A stretch of 64,000 bases of DNA, from the NCBI GenBank assembly GCA_054600435.1, contig BAAIJX010000028.1:124001-188000 (forward strand), written 5' to 3'. This DNA comes from Neophaeotheca triangularis. Its lineage: Eukaryota. Positions within the stretch are counted from its first letter, which is position 1; each line of letters starts with the position of its first letter. This document shows positions 24,740-37,433 of the stretch, one piece after another. The translations under genes and the position numbers were made by a program. The notes beneath the pieces were generated by a model. It saw only the letters and a program-made list of their open reading frames with translations. It did not search any database and was not told where the DNA came from.

Positions 24740-25705
24740 CTAAACACCACTCGCCACGCAAAATGGCTTGTGAGCCTTCCAGTCTCCCTTCTGGCATTGC
24801 CTGCTGCAGTACATAACCTTCAGGCACTTGGCGCACTTCAGCAAAGGGGCCTCCCCAGCGGCTTTCTCCTCCCAAGCGACGGCAGTATCCTTCCCACAGC
24901 CTTCGCAAGCGTCGTGATCGATCTTGACTGGACACGGGATAACGAGGCCTTCGTAAGGGTCGTGCTGAGGGTGTTGGGCGATGTCTTTGGCGCGGATTCT
25001 GGTAGGGGAAGGTCAGTAAGCTTTTCATGGACTATAGACATCACTGACTATCGAGCTTGCCCTGCGGGGTCTGGGCGGTCGTGAAATGTCTCTCGGATGG
25101 CTTCTCGCAACGTACCGTTTGAAGAGGAGCTTGAAGTGAGTCGGGTTGACCTTGGCGTATTCTTTCTTGGCAGCCTCGAGACCTCTAGTGAGCAGCGCAT
25201 AACCGATGGCAGCTTTGCGCTCTCTCACAAACTGGTCGAAAGCATCCAGATGCACGACTTGGAGCGGGAGGGCCAACTCGTCGGTCAATTTGATTAAGAC
25301 CCCGCCCTCGACGCAGATGCCGGGTTCCCCAAAGTTCGAAGACGCTGGGTCGAGGTCGCTTGTCAGCGTTTCGAGGGATTGGTTTAGTTCTCCGGGTTTG
25401 CGGAAGAAGGGGTGGTCGTTGCATTGGCTTGCTGTGAGATACTCCATGGGAACGCCGAGGCGGGCTGAAAGGGGGAGGGGTTGCCAGACTGGAGGCGAGG
25501 GCCCGAGTTTGTTGATCAAACTCAAAGGCATCCCTCCCATGCTTGCGTTGATGTCGTCGACGTGCGGCCCAACACGCACAAAGTTGACCCACGAGACGCA
25601 AGGTCCCTTGGCTTTGAGGTTTTCCTCCGCCGTGACGTGGGTCGCAGCCTCCCCCATACTCTTGAATCCCATCTCCGCCAGAGTCTTGAAGGTGATGGAT
25701 GACAT
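24740..25705 (-). CDS. MYND-type zinc finger protein, 2 exons
   Basis: After a GTACGT...CCAG intron, exon 2 reads CEGC...KCAKCLKVMYCSRQCQKGDWKAHKPFC; start taken at MSSITFK. Confidence 0.85.
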
Positions 25706-26478
25706 GATGCTGATAGCGCCGTGACTCTCGATGATCGGTTGAGGTGATGACGGGCCAAGATTGCGAGCCGATGATGTGGGAGATACCGGGACTTGGGTAG
25801 TAGTGAACGGCCACTGTAGAAGAGAGCAAAAGATCGAGATAAAGAGGAGAACAGAAGGATACATACAAAGGGCCGGTTTGCTCAGTAAATTCAGGCGGCA
25901 GCTATCCAAATTCACGCCGCCATGCTGCGTCTGCTAGACAGAAAAAGAAAGGCGCCCAGCTGGTGCAAAACGTACCCATCTCTTCGTAGGAGCCATGCAT
26001 GTTGCCGATTGCGCCAATGCGGTAGGCCGCCGTCGCTCAAAACATCCAGATAGAGCACCGTTGAGAGATTATTAGCTGGGGGTATTGTTCGACGGTCGTG
26101 AATGCCCAGACTCTCTTTTTCTGAAGGTCTACCCATCGCCAGGAATGCCCAATCGCTGCGGTTACAAAAGCTCCATGCAACAGCAAATTCGACATGGCCC
26201 GCACGTGAGGGTCGGATATTCACTGGGGCGCTCAACAAGTCCAATGCCAGAGTGAAGTTGCAACCATCCACTTAATCGAGGGCGTGGTAAAGGCGCTTCG
26301 CGTTGTGCACTCAGAGCGAGCAGTCCTCAATTGAGCTTTGCCGCCTCTGGAAGCTATGTATCCAGGAGGGATGAGTCCGTCAATGCTGCATCACCTACCG
26401 CGCAATTATCGGATCGCCAGTGCGTGTGTACAGATATATTCCTGTTAGTACATAGTATAGCAAACATACCGCACTCGT

Positions 26479-27331
26479 CTACTTGATCTTCTTGGCCTTC
26501 AGCTTGATAGTCTCTCCGTTGACGAAGATGCCCTTCCCCTTGTACGGCTCCGGCTTTCTCCACGCCTTGATTTCCGCCGCAAACTGCATAACAACCTCTC
26601 TCTCAATACCCTCCAGTAGAATACGTGTTGGCTGGGGCGTGCTAGCCTTGACCCCCTTCGGTAACCCAAGCTCGATCGGGTGTGAGTAACCGACCTTGAG
26701 AGAGACGAACTTCTGTCCGGGGTACGCGGGGGACTTCGTGATCGCGCTGTCTTCGACCGTCGCTCTGTAACCAACGCCAACAAGTCGTAGAATCGCGGTA
26801 TGGCCTTCGCTGACGCCCAGGATATGGTTTGCGAGATTTGCGCGGACGGTACCTAAACTGCTATCAGCATGCCATCTCGCCTCACCCCCTCATGGCAAAC
26901 AACCTACCCCACATCTCTCTCTGATGCCTCTCCTCCGCATCCAAGATTTGCAAGTTGTAGTTCCGCCCAGTCTCGTCCGGTAATATGCTCATGTAATTTG
27001 GTATCGACATTGACATGTTGCCGAGAGGGCCATCAATCTGCACGCTGGGCCCGGTCTGGCCCCTTGAGACTTTGCCTTGCCTCCGAGCGACTGCTTGCGA
27101 GATGGTCAAGTTGACTTCCGAAGGTAGTGAGAGAGTCGCGCGTCCTATTTTTGAGCGACATTGCTGCGTCGTAGAGAAGTTGCTGGTCTGGTTGGAGGTT
27201 TTCGAGGAGGGTGCGAATGCCGGTACGAGGAAGGCCGGAAGAGTGGTCGTCGCATTTCTTGGAGTGTTGCTATTGTGAAGCAGAGGGTTCAGCGCCCTCC
27301 GACAGCTACGTGTGCTTGATGAGCATGCCAT
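26479..27331 (-). CDS. MRPL6: Mitochondrial ribosomal protein uL6m
   Basis: Presequence, SKIGR, GPLG, REMWG|TVRA, LRLVGVGYRA, GYSHP, WRKPEPYKGKGIF; one intron at about 26905-26853. Confidence 0.95.
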
Positions 27332-27859
27332 TGCGATGTGCTTCAATGTAAGAGACGGTACAGTTAGTAATGTCGCCAGCCCAGACTTGTCTGTCTGCGG
27401 AGTTCGTCTCGGGGAAGCCGCCGCGCCAAGACCTTCAGCCGACCGCGTCTCCTTCGTGAAGCTTCAAAGCCGACTTCATCGACTTCATCTCTCCCCGGCG
27501 CCGACACCTCGAGTCCCCACCAATCTCTCACTCTTGCCACCGCCGGGAGCTCACTCTGACATATCAAAGTGAACCAGCATCACATACTTACCTTTAGATC
27601 GTCTTCTCGCCGCCTGTCACTCTTGACCTCATTCCGAATGCGGACAGGCGCGTGAGCCTCGTCGACCTCTCGACCTTTTCTCCTACCACTTCCAACTTCT
27701 GTGCTCCGATTCAACCTCGAGGCTACAACAACACCACCACCTCTACTATCCACCGCGAGAGATACACCCTCCTCCGGTCTGGATTACAGAACACAATCTT
27801 CACGGCTTCTCTCTGCTTTTCCTGCTATCTCTGCTTTTACGCGTCTGATATTCAACACC

Positions 27860-29801
27860 ATGCAAACCATCACTTTGACTTTTGTTATCCTTGCGTCTTC
27901 GGCCCTTGCTTCCGCCTTCCAACAAGGCAGCAAAGTTCAAGGTCCGAGACTTGACTCCGATTTCAGTCAGGCAGGATCACTAACCGTGAACAGATGTTAT
28001 GGGCAAGGCCGGTCTCAAGACACCTGCCGATTATGAGCTCTCAATATTCGACGAATACGGACTCGATGTACCAGGCCCCCTCCAAGAAGTCATGAAGATC
28101 ATAAAGGACGTTGAGAAACTGCCTTCATGCAACAAGATGGCTTCCCAGGCTCTGCTTAACTCGTGCTCGGCTCTCGAAACTCCTCAATCCAACGATGGCG
28201 AGCAGAGAGGCCCGGACACGATGCTAGATGAGGCCAAGTCAATTTACGCTGCTCGACTGGCGGTGTGTGAGCTGTCCGGCGCCAGAGCCACAGTACCTCC
28301 AGGCTGCACTTCATTCCTTCCTACGGCCAACACGGCCAGGAAAACCGGGTTTCGCGGCTTCATCGGCCGTAACGGTTTAAGCGCACCAACTACCACCTAT
28401 GACCATTACGAAGACGTCACTGAGCAAAACCTCGACCAGTGTCTGGGGGCCCTCGAGTCGAAACCGCAATGGTGGACAAGCTACAGCAATTCCAGGCAGA
28501 ATGCTGTGGTCATGTGTCATGCAATGCGCAGCGAGGTCGAAAAAGATGAGCAGCTGCATCTTTACAAAGTGCTTGCCGGGCTCACCAACGATATCACCGG
28601 CTCTCTCTCTGGTTCGAAGCAGGAATTTCAAGCTGTGCGTGATGCCTTTGGTGATTTAAGCAGCAACATGCGCCAATTCCACCTCGACCTTTACCAAGAG
28701 CAGCAGGATAAACAAGCCGAGATAGCCCGATTTTGGGCAGTCATGGTCGACAAGGTTCAGCAGACCTTTGACGGCCTGACGAAAGGGGCAGATGTTGTCC
28801 AGGACAAGCTCGCGGAAGCAGCTCGCCAAGCCGACTCTAACCACAATCAGCTCCAGGACACCTTTTCGTCAGTTTCTCAGCAAGTTTCCGAGGTAGCTGT
28901 CAAACAGCGCCGAGAAGCTGCTGAGTTGTCAAGCGACATGGTTGGACTTTCTGAGCTGACTTCCTATCTACGTACAATCATGCAAGAGGAGATTACTAAG
29001 AGTCTGCTCAGCGTTGCAAACGGTCTCGAGGCAGCCAACTCAATGGGTCTCGCGGTGCAAAACCAGCTTCAGCAACATAGTGATGGGATCGTAATTGCCG
29101 CAAGAGAGATCGCTGCACTTGCGGACAGGGTGGTTGACATTGATCAGCGAATGGATGAGATGCACCGAGATACAGGCGCCAAACACCTTCTACTCCAAGC
29201 ACAAGCCAATCGTACAATGGAGACTCTCGAGCTTGCCAATGCACATGTTGAAACGTGGACTGCAAGTATGGCGTCGGTTCTGTCTTTCCTCGACGGCAAC
29301 TGGGTAGAAAGCGCCATCTACGCTACTGGGCTGATGGTGGCCTTTACCATCGCGACCCTCTTCTCCTTTGCGTTTTGGTCTGGCAAGATGGGCCTCCCAA
29401 TCTGCAGTGCGCTTTCAGCTTCGCTTGCCACTGGATTCGGTATGTTGATTTCTTTACCTTGTTGTAGTGACTCGATTACTAACAAGCAATCAGCTCTCAC
29501 TCTTATCTCGACGGCACACCAAGACTCGATTCGACCTGCCTACAACGCCATCTCTACAATGAGCCCACAAGCTTCCCTCATCTTTAGTTTCGTCGGCGTT
29601 GCCATGACTGTGGGCTTGTTTTTGGCTGTCAAATTCTTCTTCGGAAGAAAGCAACACACCTCTCTGCAAAGCATCGACCAAGAGAAGGAGTATCTGCCTT
29701 CCTTCACGGCCAGCGTCGATACCAAGCCACGGGCCGTTAGGCTGCCGGTCAACGACCCCAAGTACTTTGCCAGGCAAATGTCTCGTCGCAGCCAGATGTA
29801 A
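27860..29801 (+). CDS. KAR5: Nuclear membrane fusion protein, Kar5/Tht1 family
   Basis: Signal peptide, Cys-rich domain (AARLAVCEL...C...CLGALESKPQWWTSYSNSRQNAVVMC), long luminal coiled coil and C-terminal TM helices; two small introns. Confidence 0.85.
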
Positions 29802-30393
29802 GCCGCCGCGAAACACGTTCCGATCAATGTACTCATCACCACGACTCTCTTCTCCATACCGGCACCACGGTAGAAACGACGGGACTAGACAATCTCGTGA
29901 AGACTGCGATTTGCCATTCGAATTCTTGCTCTTAACACCTCGACTTTATACATAACGACTGGCATGAGCTTTTGCTTTTCATTAGCGATAATGGCATGAT
30001 ACCTTTCAGCTTCTGCACTGCGCAGTAGAGCTTCATGGTTTGATGATTTTAGCGAGCATTCAGCATTGCGATGGGAGGAAGGAGTGGGGATTTTTGCTAT
30101 TTATTTCAATACATACCAGAGCTATGAAGTACAGTATATTGTCTTGCTTTTAGTGCCTCCAATGTGCTCTATATTTGCCTCTCTGTATCAGCAGGCCGTC
30201 CCTGTTGTATATTTGTATCCTGCTGTCCTACCTTGTGATGTTGTGCAAGCATTTATGCAACTTCATGTCACGTCACGTCAACTACCGACGCGTGCCTTCC
30301 TATTTCATACACATGTTAAACACCTCTTCCACCTCAACCTTTCCTCTACCAGCCCTCAACCCATCAACCACCTACCTACCCAACCTTTTCACA

Positions 30394-32097
30394 ATGCCCG
30401 AAAGCCTAGCAAGCCTCAAGCGCAAATTCTACAAATCCCTCGACCAATTCACCTCAGCCTCACAACCCTCCACAGACATCTCCCCCACAACCTCAAACTC
30501 CCACCTCAGCGCCCGCGAACGCCTTCAAACCCTTACCGAAGAGCTCAAACGCCCGCCTTCCGAGCGCGCAACCAAACGCCTCCGCCCCAGCCCCTCAAAC
30601 CGCTCCCTCAACTCTTCCAGAGTCACCCGCTATGCCTCTAAGCAGGACACACTACCTCGGAAAATACCAAGCCGGCTGACTTCACCCAGACGACAAGAGG
30701 AGGGTGGTGAGGTTGTGGGTACGGAGAGGGTGATTCCTGCTTTTGCGCCCCAGTCGCAGGATTCCTTCCTTGCCCGGTTGAAGACTTTTGCGAGCGTGAG
30801 CCAATGGCATCCCAAACCTGAGGTGCTTTGTGAGGTCGAGTGGGCGAAGCACGGGTGGGCTTGCGTGGGTGTGAATACGGTGCAGTGTAAGAGGGGGTGC
30901 GAGGCGAGGGTGAGGGTGGAGCTTGAAGGGAGGGGTGGGGATGGTGGTGATGAGGCTGAGGATGTGGATGAAGAGGGGGACCGGGCGCAGGAGATTCGGG
31001 AGAGAGCGAGAGAAGCTGAGGAAGAAGCTGAAGAGGAAGATGTGGAGGTCGAGGTTTTGAAGAGGCAGATTATTGAGGGGCATGGGCAGGATTGTTTGTG
31101 GCGGAGGCATTCTTGTCATGATGATATCTATCGCTTGAGGCTTACGCAGATGGCGGTTTGGCAGAAGGAGCTGAGAGAAAGGTTTCTGGCGCTTCTTGAG
31201 TTTGGGGACACGCTTATGGAGTTTGAGATTAAGACAACGGAGCGCACGCATCGCGAACTGTATTCTGGTCAGGAAGCTTTGACTATGGGGCAGGTATTGG
31301 CGGAGCTGCCTAACTCTGTCGTACCTGCGGCTACCTCTACAGAAGAAGGGGAAGACTCGACATCATCCTCTATACCCCAACGTCGCGAGAAAGCTCTCAC
31401 AATCGCCCTCCATGGCTGGTCAGCAACAACAACCAGCGATAACGCACTCCTAGCCTGTCCCGCCTGTTTCCAACGCATAGGCCTCTGGATGTACACCTCT
31501 CAAGCCGAATCTACCAAGACCAACGACCCCAGCGATCCCGACACTCCTCCCTCAGTAGATCTACAACAACTCCACCGCGACTACTGCCCCTACACCAACC
31601 CGCGCACGCAAAACGAGACCGGTGATTGGAAGACCTGGTCGGGTGTAGAAGTGCTGCACCAAGTCGTCGAAAACTTCGCTCGGCAACAACAACGACGCCG
31701 CCATCGCGAGGCTGTGGAAGAACGACGCTCTCTGCGACGCTCGACGGGCCCAGCCACTCCCCGTCAAAATAACACCACCGACGACGACGAAGATTACGAA
31801 GATGATGACAACCTCACCCCTATCACCCGAGATGAAGACGGCTACACTGTTCCCCGCCTTCAAACTCCTGAGCAAAAGGCCGCGAGCGTTGCCAAGGATG
31901 ACGAGCTGATGGGCCGGATGCGGAGGATTAAGAGAATGTTTAGTATGACGAGGAAGTCGAAAGATCGTGGGGTCAAAGGTAAGGGGTCGGCGGGGAGTCT
32001 GGCTGGTGGCGGTGGCGACTCGAGGAGAGGGTCGGTGGCTACGGGCGGGTCTGGGCTGGGGTCTTCGAGAGCGGGAAGTGAGAGGGCCGGGTCGTGA
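30394..32097 (+). CDS. C3HC zinc finger / Rsm1 (NIPA-like) protein
   Basis: FLARLKTF...WHPKP...WAKHGW...C...C...H...CLW (C3HC) and a second ALHGW...CPACFQRIGLW...HRDYCPY module; start taken at MPESLASLKRKFYK. Confidence 0.88.
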   Translation: MPESLASLKRKFYKSLDQFTSASQPSTDISPTTSNSHLSARERLQTLTEELKRPPSERATKRLRPSPSNRSLNSSRVTRYASKQDTLPRKIPSRLTSPRRQEEGGEVVGTERVIPAFAPQSQDSFLARLKTFASVSQWHPKPEVLCEVEWAKHGWACVGVNTVQCKRGCEARVRVELEGRGGDGGDEAEDVDEEGDRAQEIRERAREAEEEAEEEDVEVEVLKRQIIEGHGQDCLWRRHSCHDDIYRLRLTQMAVWQKELRERFLALLEFGDTLMEFEIKTTERTHRELYSGQEALTMGQVLAELPNSVVPAATSTEEGEDSTSSSIPQRREKALTIALHGWSATTTSDNALLACPACFQRIGLWMYTSQAESTKTNDPSDPDTPPSVDLQQLHRDYCPYTNPRTQNETGDWKTWSGVEVLHQVVENFARQQQRRRHREAVEERRSLRRSTGPATPRQNNTTDDDEDYEDDDNLTPITRDEDGYTVPRLQTPEQKAASVAKDDELMGRMRRIKRMFSMTRKSKDRGVKGKGSAGSLAGGGGDSRRGSVATGGSGLGSSRAGSERAGS

Positions 32098-32261
32098 GAG
32101 GGCCGGGTCTGTGGGGGGCTCTGCGGTTGGTACGCCGTCGCGGGGTAGGAGGGAGTAGGTTATTGCGTCGCCGAGAAACGAGTAGACTGTTCGCCTCACT
32201 CGTTTTGTGCGAACCAGCAGAGCATTGGCGAGGTTCTGCTCTCTCCAACGACATACGAATC

Positions 32262-35208
32262 TCAAGGGCGAGGCCAAGTAGCAGCATCACAGCTCAATTC
32301 CTCAAAACGGTGCAAAACATTACAACCCATGGCACTGAGGCTTTCGTTGCTGTTGCTGTCAATCTACATCCTGTCAGTCAAGTGTCCGGCGGAAAAACCC
32401 GTGCCACAGCCTACTCACTTGATCCAACAGACACGCACTATACCCTTGCTGCTTAAGCTGCCTCATACTCATTAGAACCAACCCTCGCAACAAGGCCGAG
32501 TAGTGCTCCACGGACGGACTAATCACAGGCGCCGAGATGCCTCCAACAACTTCGCCTCCAGCCTCCTTCATACTGGGAACGAAACCAGCCAGTGTCGAGC
32601 GCGGGTGGAACAAGACGACCGTCCCAACGATTGCAGCGTCGGTCGGTCTCTTGGCGCGAATGATGCCGCTCGTGGGGTCCGCCAACACCAGCTTATACAA
32701 CTCAACAAGGTCCGGCCGCTTGCTCGCCTCGATATGTTCAAGCAGCTTTCCCGCGTCGTCGGGGCCGTAGACGAGATCAAAAGCAACCTTGAGACCCTGG
32801 AGACTGCTCACGGTGCCTTCGGGCGGTGTCCAAGTCGAGAGTCCGGGCGCTAGCATACTGCAAACGGGCCGTGGTTTCGCTGTGGTCCAGCCGCGGTTCG
32901 CGAACCAAGATTGGAGTTGCTCGCGCTCGTTGTTGGTCGGGAGGCCGGGGAAGATGCCCGGGAGTTTTGAGCCGAGCTGGAGATGCTGGATGTTTTCCCT
33001 TTGTAGCAAGGCTCTTATAGCGCGAGCGTGAAGAGAATGGCCGATTGAGAGCCTTCGTCGTCCTGGGTCGACGAAGATGGCTCCGATGACACCTGTGCCG
33101 CCGTCGTTACTTGAGGTGAAGAAGTAGGTCGAGCAGAAACCGTAGACTGCTTGCGTCGTACTGTTCCGTACGACGAAGTGAGACTCGAGGACGTTTGGAT
33201 TCTTGAGGAGGAAGGAATGCGATGTTGCCCCTGACAAACCAAACTGGCCACGCGTACTGATCACTGTCTGGATCAGCATGTCTAGTCCACGCGAATCCCG
33301 GTCCTCGTTGTACGGCTCTACTAGCCAGTGCTGTCTCGACGTCGAAGGCTTCCGACTTTGGCTCTTACGACGGCCCTGGCTCAGGCTCAGGCTTCGCATG
33401 GTGCCTGGCAAGGTTCCGATAGGCGTAACCTCTCCGTAGAGGACTTTGACCAGGGATGCCAAGGCGGCCTCCGTAAAGTCGTAAGTGCAGACGTACGTCC
33501 CGATGGTCGACTGATCGAGAGCGAAATCGTAAGGTGAGCTTACAGAAATCACGACCAGCGGCTTCTCACGCTTTTGGCCGCCGGCTGTGTTGTTGCAAAT
33601 CATCGAAACATGCTTGGTAAACCCGTTTTGATAGAGGTTGCGGTTGGAATCGGCAGTGACTACGACTACCGCTTTCGCGCGATTGATGAGGTTTTCGTGC
33701 TGTGGCCGGATGCCCGTGGCGGTGTAAGAAGTATGCAGCACTCTACCACGCTGCCGAGCGAGCGATCGGCCTAGTTCACGGAATACGCGCTCGCCGCTCA
33801 TTAGGGAAGAGTTGCCATCTGGGGGATCTGAGGGGAGTTGCGCGGATGCGGTGGAGGCTACCAACGGATTTACCAGAGGCGTGAGTAATAGAAGCTCATC
33901 TTGTTGCTGAATGACGTTGGACAACGGCAGCAGTCGATTCTTGTCGCGGACCACGGTAATAGACGAGTCATATGCTTTGCTGGAGAGCCTCCTGTGTGAC
34001 GGCTGCAGCTGGGACAACAGACGAGTACCACCCTTGGGTAAGTGAAGGGCCTTTTCCCAGTCGGTGCGCTTGCTTTTCATGGCAAGAACCCTTTCCAGCG
34101 ACTGTTCCACACGCTGACTAGTGATGATGCCGTTCTCAAGACCAAGTTTGAGTCCCTCAATAGCCTCTTGTTGATGGGCAAAAGAGCGGCATAACAGGAC
34201 GATATCACAACCAGCGTTAATTGCCATTACAGTGCCGCCGCCCACGCCAATATTGTGACTAAGCGCCTCCATCTCTAGACAATCCGAGACAACGACGCCC
34301 TTGAACTTGAGATCGTTTCTTAAAAGATCGTGAACGACTTGCTCGGATAGGCAGGCGTGCATTACGTTCAACCCAGTTGATGACATGGCACAGCCGCCGA
34401 CCAACACTGCGTCTAGTCCCTCTTTAATAGCATTGCGGAACGGGACTAGAGCATTGAGCTTGAGTTGTTCTAAGCTGTCGGTAATTGTTGGCACGTCAAG
34501 AGAACAACCGAGAAAGCCTAGGCTACCATAGGACGGGAAGTGTTTGCCCATCGCGGCGACTCCAGCCTTGTGATAACCCTTCATGCTCGCTACACCGTAC
34601 GAGGAGACTTCCTTTGGGTCGTCCCCCGCAGTACGGACGCCTAGGGGCTGACTGCGAGCATTCGCCGTTAGTACGTCCAAGCAGGGTCCCATCATGAGAT
34701 TAATGCCACACGCGGAAACCTCCTCGCCAGTGGCCTTGGAAACTTCGTGAGTCAACTCTAGAGACCCGGTAGCTGCTAAGCCCATGGCAGAAGGATACTG
34801 CCCGATAAAGTCGTCGAACAAGCTGTTCACGCCACCGTTTTCCTGGTCAATACTGATGGCCAGTGGTACTGGATGGCCAGCATCGTAGGCTGTTTTCTGT
34901 AGATCGTAAACAAGCTGGGTAGTTTCTTCGGCCGCTGAGGATGGTCAGTGGCGAACTCGACCGCCTTGGAAAGCACATACATTTCATATTCTTTGCGCTC
35001 AGAAGTATAGACCCGATGTGGTGTTCTTGGATCAGCTTCCGTATTTGGGGGGTGACCGAGTTGCCTTGAAATCCCATCTATATGAAGCATTCAAAGTCAG
35101 AAGCAGGCGAGTATACGCAAAGCCAGGACTATATAGACTCGCCATGAACAGTTGCCCAAGTTTCCTATCCATATCCGACCACAAATGGTTTCCGCTGTCG
35201 AACGCCAT
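32262..35208 (-). CDS. nag3: GH3 beta-N-acetylglucosaminidase-like domain fused to GNAT domain(s) (Nag3 / Ngs1 type)
   Basis: LGQLFM|MGF, IDQENGGV, KHFPSYG, SDCLEM, then GNAT-like IGAIFVDPGRRRLSIGHSL; 4 exons, last one ending ...WPRP*; lies in the GlcNAc cluster. Confidence 0.9.
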
Positions 35209-36098
35209 GACTGCGCGGAGTAGCAATGACTGACGTCTTCGGTGTGGTAAAGTTCAAGAATTTGCAACAAGAACGAAAGCAGAGACGACCTCGACAGCGA
35301 CAGGAGTCGGTGTTGGCAGCCTACCTGAGTGACCTTACTACGGGTGAGTCGTGCATCCCACACATTATTATTGCGAATGTACCTTACCGGGAATACCGGA
35401 GGTACTGTACCTAACCACTTTGTATCTACTTTATTAGTCGTTAAATCACCTGAATATTAGTAGTAGTAGGTAGTGCTTCGTGATGTGGGTGCAGGTGTTA
35501 AGCCGCAAGTGTGGATGGTGGGCGCCTGCATAGAAAAGATTTCTGAATCGCAAGAGCCCGAGCAAGAACCCACTCTCCACCTAAGTTAGAATAGGTAGGA
35601 TTAGCTCACGATAAGCCAAGCCAAGTAGAAGTAACGTACGTGACAAACACACGTTGCAGTCGATGGTCACGATAAGCATTCATTATTAATTACAGACATA
35701 CGCGATGTAACCCTGATAAGCATTCTATCCTGGAGTTGCAGCTTGCCTGGCACTTCTTCTTTCTCGACGACCAGTTGAGCCGCAATAATAATGTAGTAAC
35801 GTAGCAGTGCCACCATTCCAACGTCAACGCTGATGCTTTGCGATGCAGTGGCATGGTACTCTCGTAGATGGTCAGAAGACGCCGGCATACCGACAACTAA
35901 GTACGGTGACATGTCTAAGGTATTGCCGCTTAGTGACTGATGATCTTCATGTACCTCTTCGATTTCAACTAGATTCCTTTCTTCTCACCAGCACCGCCTT
36001 GCCTTTGGAACGATATTGACAGTCTCCTCAACCTTCGACATTCGCTTGCCTTGCCAGCAACATAGCCAAAAGCTTCATAGAGAGCTCACCACATCAAC

Positions 36099-37433
36099 AT
36101 GCCCATGGCAGTTTCTCCCGAACGGTCTACGGATCACGACAAAACTGGCATCACCAAATTCACTGGAGCTCGCCTTGTCAAAGGCGACAGATTGGTTGAG
36201 GAGGACCTCTGGATCAGCTCGGTGACTGGCAAGATTCTCGACATGCAAGAACTCTTCTACGAACACCAACTCATGCCGGACCAAGTCATCGATCTCAAAG
36301 GCAAACTCCTAGCGCCAGGTTTCATGGACGTTCAATTCAACGGTGCCTTTGGTTTTGACTTTTCTACAATTCCAGAGGACATGGCGACATATCACAAAGG
36401 CTTGAAGCATCTTAATCAACAATTAGTCAAGACTGGTGTCACCAGCTACCTGCCAACTATCCCTAGTCAAGGACCTGAGGTCTACCACAAAGCTTTGAAA
36501 TTTCTAGGACCGTCTGGAGCTGGCAGACGTGCTGCAGATGGTTCGGAGTCTTTGGGTGCGCATTGCGAAGGGCCATTCATTTCCCCAACCAAGTCTGGTA
36601 TACATAGCCATTCCGTGCTACAGGAAGCCCCAAACGGTTTCGCGGATTTGGAAGCTTGCTATGGCGTCGAAAACCTGCCGCCCCCCGGCAAAGACAATGC
36701 CCAATCTCCCATAAGCATGATCACCGCCGCTCCCGAAGTCCCTGGTATCTCCTCAGCAATACCCGAGCTCACAGCACGCGGCATTCGGTTCTCGCTTGGT
36801 CACTCGGAAGCAACGTACGAGCAAGGCAGCGAGGCAATTCACGCAGGTGCGACGATGATCACGCATCTTTTCAACGCCATGCGGCCCCTACACCACCGCA
36901 ATCCGGGACTCTTTGGCGTGTTGGGCAAAGCAGAAGGCGCCAACCGTCCTTACTACGGGGTAATCGCGGATGGTATCCACCTGCATCCGACCTCGGTCAA
37001 GATAGCGTGGGCGGCGCATCCGGCCGGTTTCATCCTCGTCACCGATGCGATGAAGACGGTCGGTCTGCCTGACGGTGTATATAACTGGACCAACGGCGAC
37101 AGTTTCGTGAAAAAGGGATCGCTGCTCACGTTGGAAGGCACGGACAAAATTGCCGGTAGCTCGGCTTCATTGATCGAGTGCGTTAGTAACTTTTGGAATT
37201 GGAGCCATGCTACCATACCAGAAGTCATCAGAGCTGTCACGGCAACTCCTGCGCAGATGCTTGGTTTGGAAGGAGTCAAAGGAACGTTGGAGCCAGGGGC
37301 GGACGCGGATTTGCTTGTGCTGGACAAGGAAACGGATGGCAGTGGCGAGAGGAAGCTTAGCGTCGATCAGGTTTGGAAGTTTGGGGCTTTGGTTCATGGG
37401 AGGTCGGGTGATGGTAGTGCCGACGATGTATGA
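36099..37433 (+). CDS. dac1: N-acetylglucosamine-6-phosphate deacetylase
   Basis: APGFMDVQFNG, GAHCEGPFIS, GHSEA, THLFNAM, IADGIH, LVTDAM, KIAGS; single exon of 444 aa. Confidence 0.96.
   Translation: MPMAVSPERSTDHDKTGITKFTGARLVKGDRLVEEDLWISSVTGKILDMQELFYEHQLMPDQVIDLKGKLLAPGFMDVQFNGAFGFDFSTIPEDMATYHKGLKHLNQQLVKTGVTSYLPTIPSQGPEVYHKALKFLGPSGAGRRAADGSESLGAHCEGPFISPTKSGIHSHSVLQEAPNGFADLEACYGVENLPPPGKDNAQSPISMITAAPEVPGISSAIPELTARGIRFSLGHSEATYEQGSEAIHAGATMITHLFNAMRPLHHRNPGLFGVLGKAEGANRPYYGVIADGIHLHPTSVKIAWAAHPAGFILVTDAMKTVGLPDGVYNWTNGDSFVKKGSLLTLEGTDKIAGSSASLIECVSNFWNWSHATIPEVIRAVTATPAQMLGLEGVKGTLEPGADADLLVLDKETDGSGERKLSVDQVWKFGALVHGRSGDGSADDV

Noticed and set aside
30175..30393. Upstream in-frame extensions from TTG/GTG starts given by the ORF track (also 16348, 18349, 25915)
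   Set aside because: Eukaryotic genes normally start at ATG; downstream ATGs in good context precede the recognisable protein sequence
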